NCBI GenBank assembly: GCA_037447605.1
Contig: CM074811.1
Span: forward strand, 2,480,001-2,544,000
DNA: 64,000 nt
Direction: 5' to 3'
Source: Zygnema circumcarinatum SAG 698-1b
Lineage: Eukaryota; Plantae; Zygnematophyceae
Shown here: one piece after another, positions 61,001-64,000 of the stretch
Numbering within the stretch: position 1 is the stretch's first letter
Layout: every line of letters begins with the position of its first letter
The notes under the pieces: model-generated
Databases searched by the model: none
The model's input: the letters and a program-made list of their open reading frames with translations, nothing else
Told to the model about the DNA's origin: nothing
Made by a program: the position numbers and the translations under genes

Positions 61001-63569
61001 CAATGGTTGGCGGGTGTGACATCCCTCGCCGTCGTTATTCTTGGTGAGAACTTATCTTTACAAACTATTGGCTTCCTAGTTCTCATTTACTCATTTGCTG
61101 CAGGGTTCTTGATCATCCATTTTCTAATACGTGTCCTTACGCTTGCAGATGCAAACATGGCGGCGTGTGTGCTTAGCTTTCAACTGTTCCGCAGTGGCCT
61201 CATGATCCTGATTATTTCCGGTGCTTATCGAGTTTTCCTTATCTCCTTTGGAGATGAATATTGGTACGTCATGTGAACTCACTTTCTTTAGCTCTGTCAA
61301 CAGCATTTCCAACACCTTTTCTACATCAGTCGCTTCCATATTCTATACCATTAGTAACGTTCTCAACCCACAAGAAAGCCATAATCAGAAAACATATGTT
61401 AACCCATAGGCCACACTTGAAGGTCTCACATGCAGGCATGGTGACTGTGCTATTGTTCAGGTATCTTGGGCACTGCATTGCCTATACTGTGGTAGCTGCT
61501 GTTCTGCTTGGAACAGCCGTTGCTCGCCACATTCCTGTGCACAATTTCAGTGATTCTCGCCACACAGCTTTGGCTGATACAGTTGTGCTGCTACGCACAA
61601 CCTTCGCTCGGTGTCGTCAAAGTGGTGCCAGTTTCGCTCACTTTAGTCAAGCAACTACGGCCTTGAATGGATTAAGTATGAACTTCTATGAGCCCGACTT
61701 TCAGGAACGTAATGCAGACGTCTCTAAACCTGATTCTTCCGAATTCGTAGGGTTTGCCGAAAGCAAACTTGACAAGCTTCTTCTGCAGTCAACAGGAATG
61801 CTTGAAAATGCTTTACACGGCTGCCTGGAGGTGGGATTGGAAGAAGATAGTGTCGTTAATGAGATTGGATTGATTTATGCGAAGGAGGGTTCCATGTGTA
61901 GCCTTAGGGAGTGTACGGGAGATTGCCGGAAAGGAGAGGAAATAGAGATGGAAACTGAAGCAGGGCTGTGGGAGTCCATCACTCCTTTAGCAGATACGCA
62001 GCCAAATGTATGTGCTGGCCCTTACAGAGCATCAGAGACCATAGCTTCGGAAGGATACCAAAATGGTACTAAAGGTGAAGCTGAAATCTTGCTTGATTCG
62101 AATATTAAAGATGTTCTAGTCTTAGCTGAAACAGTCAAGGAGAAGCCCTTGCAGCCCATCATACCCCAAGTGCAATGTGCAGATGTTCAAGTTTCAGAGG
62201 TGCATGTAGAGGCTGCTCAGTTTCGGGAAGAGCAGGCGAGCGGATCAGGCACGCGGCAGGACTTAGTTTCCGAGCGAAGTGATGGGACAGGTCGGAGCAT
62301 TGGCAAGGGAACGACAAGTCTTATACTAAAGCAGGCAGCCCTCCTTTTCGCTGCCTCACCACACAGAGCCTATGTTTTTTTCACGCTTCTCTTTGTGGGA
62401 GAAACCATAGCTGTTGCCGTTTATAGTCATCGAAATGTCACAGGCACGAGCCATAAACAGGTTAGTCAATGAACCCTACCATTTTTTCTAGTTTCTAGGG
62501 AGGAATTATGTTCCAGTCCACACTGCACTGGTCTTTCCGGGGCCATATTCCACCCTATGTTGATCTGCACAACTTAGTTTGCCACTGGCAACACTATTCA
62601 TAGTGTAGTCTAAGCTTCATCGCTTGAGTTCGCAGAACTGCGTTTCTTCGTTTTTTGGCTCTTTTTGTGGAACTTTGCTCCTTGTTGGGTCAGCACACCT
62701 TCCCTGACCCGTCCCTTCAGTTTGCCATCGCAGTTTCTTTTTGGAGTTTCAGCGATTCTTGTGGCACCGGCAATCGCATCCATTGTCGCATACATTCGTT
62801 CTCTACAAGCCGACAACATGGAACTTACCAAACGTTCCATTTTTGTAAGTCCCGCACGGTCCCGCATGTACTTGTACATATTGCAGAGAGCAGAAACCAT
62901 ATTCTTCAATGCCAGTAGATAGTTTGTATACGAGAATCAAGGAGTGACTCTTGGACGATGAGAATCATTGACTTTGGCACTCCTTTTGTTTTGCGCTTGC
63001 GAGGTGTTCTAATCACCCCATCCTGCATATAAAAATTCAGGAAACGTTTCTTTTCGTTGGGTGCAGATTGGCATCTTCTGCTGGCTGCTCTCCATGGGCG
63101 TTGGGCTCTTCATCGCCATTTTGAGGTTAATGGGCCTCTCTTTCCCTTAATTCTGAAAGAAAGAAGATCAAGCTAAATTGCACAGCTGCAGTCCTCTTCC
63201 TGTCAGTGAGTTGTTGTAAGGATTGAACAAAAGAAGCATCACGAGATCAATGCTTCATTCGTAGTAGTTCTGTAATTGTGTGAGTGACAAAAGGCTTCAA
63301 CCTGAGCACATGCATCTTGATGCTCTCTTGCCCACTGCTGGTTTCAATTTTGAAACTTTGGTCTTCTTATTAAACTCTGATTGTGCCACGCATGCAGCAA
63401 ATCCTCCCTACTGCTTGGCCTGGCAATCACATTGCCTCTGATAGCGACGGCCCTCTCACTCGGCTTCCCTTTGTGGCGATACAATGGATACCACTTGTTC
63501 CGATCGCAGGAGAGGGGCATGTCTGCACTGAGAGCCTCGGAGCCTCCCCATCAGAAGCGACACTTAAGG
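58053..63569 (+). CDS. DEK1: DEK1-like transmembrane phytocalpain, 5' part (exons 58053-58189, 59701-59942, 60209-60391, 60651-60780, 60913-61043, 61149-61263, 61461-62460, 62734-62844, 63067-63125, 63398-63569); continues beyond the window
   Basis: Phase-consistent exons whose peptides track the land-plant DEK1 membrane domain as recalled: AINRRPWRFYSWLF, GMALLLASYSVVLWWRTRWQ, FGVSVIAIAVNMLFVC, GLDVEEYV, YWYLGHCIAY, SKSSLLLGLAITLPL. The calpain catalytic domain is not in the window. Confidence 0.9.
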
Positions 63570-64000
63570 GTAACGACCTCAACCCTAAGTATCTAATCAA
63601 GGAGATATTTCAATTCAATATAACACGAGTAGGAGAAAGCCACACTCTATGCCGGAGCATAGCAATCGATTGCATTGTTGTTAAGAGGCTCATGGAATCA
63701 TTGTGATACTTTTGAAACTCATGCTTAAGGTGATGCTGTCTTTATGATCATTGTGATGCCGGGGTTGCAGAATCTGTCCATGGCCCTTGTGCTTGGAATA
63801 TGCATCGCATCACATGTGGCTCTAGGCCTGCTTGTCTCAATAGACCCCATAGGAGACATAAGGGATGCGAACCATCCCTACTCTCCTTTTGAAACTCCGC
63901 AATATATTGGCTGGACAACTGCTGGGGCACTTGGATCACTCATTACGGGAGTCCTCCCTCCCATCGCATACTTTGCCACATATGAGATCACTATTTCTTC

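Noticed and set aside
61261-62472. Stand-alone 403-aa gene as listed in the ORF track
   Set aside because: It is DEK1 exon 7 (61461-62460) plus in-frame intron sequence.

Overview
Eukaryotic nuclear DNA, most likely a streptophyte (charophyte-grade) green alga. This is inferred from GT-AG introns, a plant-type TatD and a divergent DEK1 phytocalpain. About 1-52.7 kb is a dense, nested transposon field. It holds two Ty3/gypsy pol remnants (one with a chromodomain), four Ty1/copia elements plus a decayed fifth LTR element, a solo LTR, pogo-like, TAGGG-ended and Mutator-like MITEs, and a CRE-like non-LTR retrotransposon. Several insertions have exact 5-bp or 9-bp target-site duplications (TSDs) that allow the nesting order to be read. 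It also contains a duplicated TatD segment (exons 5-8) and an orphan trypsin-like protease exon. About 52.9-64 kb holds two host genes on +: a complete 9-exon TatD nuclease and the first 10 exons of DEK1, which continues past the window. The most unusual element is a 452-bp TRIM (32765-33216) whose 130-bp LTRs contain a tRNA-like Pol III cassette (Helenus-type architecture). It appears next to an empty site and a solo-LTR derivative. All alignments and coordinates were read by eye, and family calls rest on recognised motifs rather than database searches. The TE regions are indel-rich and contain N gaps, so assembly error is possible.
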